Origin: Bigelowiella natans CCMP2755
Lineage: Eukaryota > Protista > Cercozoa
Assembly: GCA_000320545.1 (NCBI GenBank)
Contig: ADNK01001342.1
Span: 1-41,068 of the forward strand
Direction of reading: 5' to 3'
Length of the DNA stretch: 41,068 nucleotides
A program made the translations under genes and the position numbers. The notes beneath the pieces were generated by a model. That model was not told the DNA's origin and ran no database searches. It saw nothing but the letters and a program-made list of their open reading frames with translations. Each line of letters starts with the position of its first letter. Positions within the stretch are counted from its first letter, which is position 1. This document shows positions 37,267 to 41,068 of this stretch, piece after piece.

Positions 37267-40200
37267 ATGAAGCTCTACGAGGACCAGAATGCTGCTGCAG
37301 CCGCCGCGTTGGCCGAAGCTGAGGCCAATGGCAACGGAAGCGACGAGGAAAATAGTGAAAATGAAGAGGAGAGTGACGAGAAGCGCCACCCCTTGCACAG
37401 CATCGCCAACGCGTCATCGGCATCAGCAGCCAAAACTTATAGCAGGAGCAGCAGTTGCAGCAGCACAACTCTCACAAATGCATGCGCCCCCGTTAGTACA
37501 GGCAGCGGCAGCGGCGGCGGGAGGTGCAGTCCAGTGACCTTGCCCCCCGCTCTTTCCAATACCGCAAGAAGGACAGGTATGAGCAGTAGCCCTGCGGAGG
37601 GGACTGGAAGCGGGGCGGTGAAACATGGAGGGGGGGATAGCGGGAGAAGCAGCGGCGGGAGCAGTATCGTGTCGTTCCCATCGGTTCCTGAATCAAGCAG
37701 AGGCACCAGCGATGCCAAGGCCTCTCGGTTGACAACGACCACAACGGCATCAAATGCGACGACTGCAGCAAGAGCGACGTCTGGTAGGAGCAAGACCCTC
37801 GCCCACTCCAAATCAGCCGGAATTATAGTGAAACGGAGGACGAAGGTTGGTGAGGGAGGGGGGAGGGGGGAAGGGGGGGGGGGGTGGATTTAGCAATAGC
37901 TGTATGTCAGCAAACACAACGGCCGCCTGCTTTCTATAATGTAAAACCTAATTGCTTTCTGTGCGGCGGGTTTGGGGGGAGGGGGGGGGGGGTATGACCA
38001 ACATTAAATACATATCTTCCTACTATCTACCCACCCGCTCATCAGCGACCAGGAAGCAGCTACAATGCAATATGTGTTTGCAGTAGTAGTGGATATGATG
38101 GCTATTCCGATGATTATCCTGCTCCTCTTCGCCTATTCCTCCCCCCTCTCCCTCCGTTCTAATCGCCTTTGTTTATTCTCGTTCCTCCCTCCTATCTCCC
38201 GTCAGTCGAGCATCTCCCGTCAGTCGAGCTTTCGCGTCTCCTCAACGCTCAAGCAGGTCCTGCCCCCCAACACGCTGGGCACACCTGTCGGCACCCCCAA
38301 GACAAGCCCCATGAGTGTCGGGGCTCTCAATAGGCCTTCAAAACTGCAGCTGCAGAAGCAAAGGCAGCCGCTGTACCGTAGTCATTGCTCCACCCCCCCT
38401 GCACGCTTGGAGCAACTGCCAGCCTCCAGATACAAGCTGTCTCTCGCTGGTGCTGGCCCCCATCTTCCTCGCACAAAGGCGGGGAACGGCAGCAGCACAG
38501 TCGAGCTGTCATCATCAGGCGGCTCAAGATCAAACCCCCAGCAGCAGCAGCAGCAGCAGCGCCATCGGTTGCCCTCATCTGCGACGGCACCTGAGAGCGA
38601 TCCAGCGATCACGAGCAGCAATGGAGTCTCGAAGCTGTCGCTTGCTGGCCTTGTCAAGAGGAGCAGCATCGGCAGCAGCAGCAGCAGCAGCAACATTAAC
38701 CACGCTGGGGGTAGCAGCTCCAATCCCAACGGCCAGGAGAGCAGCAGCAGCAGCAGCAGCCGCGCGACGACAGGCACCGGCCGGCTCGAGGCGAAGAAGA
38801 ACAGGAGCTCTTTTGGCAGCACGCACCGGCCCCCCCCCTCACCCACGCCTGATAGTGGCATCGGAGGGACAGCGAACGGTGGCCACAGCGGGGCAAGCGA
38901 GGAATCGAAAGGCCGCACCACCTCGCAACCACAGGCCAAACGGAAAGGAAGTGGCATCCAATGGACGCTCTCCTGGGATGACTCCGGGGCTGATGATACT
39001 GAAGGGGCAATGTCGTCAAATTGGGGCGGCGTGAGGGTCCTGACGCAGGAGGAGCGGGAAGAACAGCAGCCGCCGCGAGGAGGATTGGAAGAGGAAGCTG
39101 GAGGCGGGGAGGGAACGGGGGAGGGGGGAATGAACAAAGTTAATGATGAAGCGGGTAGGCCTCGCGGGGCTGGAAGCGAAAATGGAGACGACGGGAAGAA
39201 AGAAAAACCGGGATCGGGAGATGCAGAAGAGGAAGAAGAAGATGATGATGAAGATGATGATGATGATAATGACGATGATGAAAAGGGATGGGAAGGGAAA
39301 GAGATAAAGGTAGGGAGTCTAGCTCCTTCCCCAGGAGGAGGCAGAAATACACCAGAACTGTCTGCAAGCAGCCCGCGTCGTCGTGAAAGTCACTTAGATG
39401 GTGAGGACCTCGGCAACAGCAGCAGCAGCAGCAGCAGCAAGATGGCGGCGGCGGTGCGGCAGAAGAAAAAGACAGACAAGAAGGGGCAAAGCAGACCCTC
39501 TTCCACTAGCCCCAGAAACAGTAGAAGGAAGGACGGCAGTACCAATAGCAGAAGTAATAGTAGTAGCAATGGTAGCAAGCGTGGGAGCCTCGAGAGGAGC
39601 TCTGGGAGCCACACAAACCTAGTAGCCCTTTCCAAGGCAGCCCGCAGTAGCAGCGGTATGGCGGCGGCGAGCACTCCCAGCGGAGGAGGAGGAGGAAGAG
39701 GAGGAATATATGGCAATAGGCCATCTCAATTGAAATTCTCCCGCTCGGCGGAGTTCTCCAGCGCGAAGAAGCTCAGGAAGAAAAAATCCAAGAAACTAAA
39801 GCAGCAGCAGCAGCAGCAGCAGACGAGCCCGTCGTTCTCTTCCGCTTCCACCCCATCCTCCTCCTCCTCCCCCTCCAGCCAGCCCTCCAGCAAGCGGAAC
39901 AAGAAGATTGGTAGCGCAAAGCGGGTATCAGTCACAGTCACGCCAGCAGCAGCCCCGTCGGGAAGGAGCGGAGCCACAACGAGCAGCGGCAGTAGTAGTA
40001 CCAACAGCCGCTCATGCGCTACCAGCAGCTCGCCTCCTGTGGACCATCGCCAGCGATTCAGATGGCACTCCTCCACCTCCTCCACCACCACCACCACCAC
40101 CTGCACCTCCCCCACGTCTGTCTTAATGGGTGAAAAAGTCGGCCTGAGTAGCAGCAGCAACAGTAGTAGTAGTAGTAATAGTAAAGGTAACAACAACAGC

Positions 40201-40794
40201 CGAAGGAGGACCACCACTCGAGGAGGAGGAGGAGGAGGAGGAGGAGAAGGCGGTGGAGGGGCAGCGCAGGCTGGACTAGGGAGCTCGCACCGGCTGCCTC
40301 CGACACACTCCGCCAAGAGAGCCTCCTCCTTCCACAAAACGCCGCCGTTGAAGAAGCAGCAGCCGCCGTTGCATGCTCGCTCGGCCAGCAGCAGCAGGAG
40401 CACCTCGCTGCCCAAGCAGCGCGGGGTCTCTGCTAGCAGCGTGGAGTTGGTGGTCCAGCAAAGGTTGAAGACCGGAAGGAAGAAGAAGAAGAAGGGCAAC
40501 AAGAAGAAAAGGGCCCCATCTCTGCCCAAGGGAATCGACGAGAGAGGCGCTAGATCTAGCACATTAAGGAGAAGGTCGGGGAACATCGCAGACGGGAAGC
40601 GAAAAACCAAGCGCGTTATCCGAGGAGTTGGGGGGGGGGGGGGCAGGAAGGATCAAAAGCAGCAGCAGCAGCAGCAGTCTGCTTCCTCTCCTCCCCCTCA
40701 GCAGAGTAGTGATGAAAGACTATTCGCGCAACGGCAGAACGAGCTCGCCATCTACCTCATTTCACAGTGGAGGCATGTCATAGAGAATAAGTGA
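37267..40794 (+). CDS. Long intrinsically disordered Ser/Gly/Gln/Lys-rich coding region (exons ~37260-37847 and ~38205-40790); gene probably continues past the window end
   Basis: 208-aa and 909-aa ORFs with coding-like GC-rich composition, poly-S/Q/G/D tracts and basic NLS-like runs (KKLRKKKSKK, RKKKKKGNKKKR). Donor sites AAG|gttggt (~37847) and AA|gtgagt (~40790). Confidence 0.7.
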
Positions 40795-41068
40795 GTAATC
40801 CGTGAGTAATCAGTCATCTATCTCGAAATCGTTGTCGTTGGAATTAGAAGTAGTGGTGGTAGTAGTGGTAGTGGTAGTAGTAGTAGTAGTGTTAGTTGTT
40901 GTTGTCGTTGCCGCAGTAATGGAAGCAGCTGCATGCTTGCCGACGATAAGGACGATGACGATCATGATGATAAATGATGATGAGGATGATGATGGTTATT
41001 ATTAAGATTAGCAAAGGGGTTATGGGCATATGTTCCGAGAAGCAATGTGGATATGCAACCAAGAAAGA

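Noticed and set aside
38315-40610. Long overlapping antisense and alternative-frame ORFs (239-294 aa)
   Set aside because: Expected by-product of a GC-rich (CAG/AGC)n low-complexity exon with few stops.
40700-40790. PX-domain-like helix (QRQNELAIYL)
   Set aside because: Single short resemblance; the rest of the domain is not visible in the window.
1-41068. tRNA/rRNA genes, CRISPR arrays, telomeric repeats, RT/integrase/transposase ORFs
   Set aside because: None recognised by eye; a tRNAscan/Infernal/HMMER run would be needed to exclude small RNAs.

Overview
Gene-dense, intron-rich eukaryotic nuclear DNA with GT-AG introns, many carrying (CA)n/(GA)n/(TA)n/trinucleotide microsatellites. The style and a signal+transit-like leader suggest a protist, possibly a secondary-plastid alga such as a chlorarachniophyte; this is inference and the species is not identified. 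About 10 genes can be assembled by hand: a GH3 beta-glucosidase (runs off the left end), a small coiled-coil protein, a large protein with three EF-hand pairs, a six-repeat NHL beta-propeller, a secreted Cys-rich/beta-propeller-like protein, a WCRAC thioredoxin, an OSTalpha/TMEM184-like transporter, a Rab32/38/29-like GTPase, a divergent Rab-like GTPase head-to-head with it, and a long low-complexity ORF (probably runs off the right end). Most short ORFs in the supplied track are microsatellite or antisense artefacts. The most striking unexplained signal is three intergenic islands (~21.2-22.3, ~28.7-29.2 and ~31.9-33.8 kb) where TpA is almost absent while CpG and ApT persist, and the surviving TpA sits mostly in CTAG/TAG context. 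This looks like a RIP-like but adenine-directed (TpA->TpG/CpA, A:T->G:C) hypermutation of non-genic or repeat DNA. The largest island is bracketed by a 12-bp inverted repeat. All counts were made by eye.
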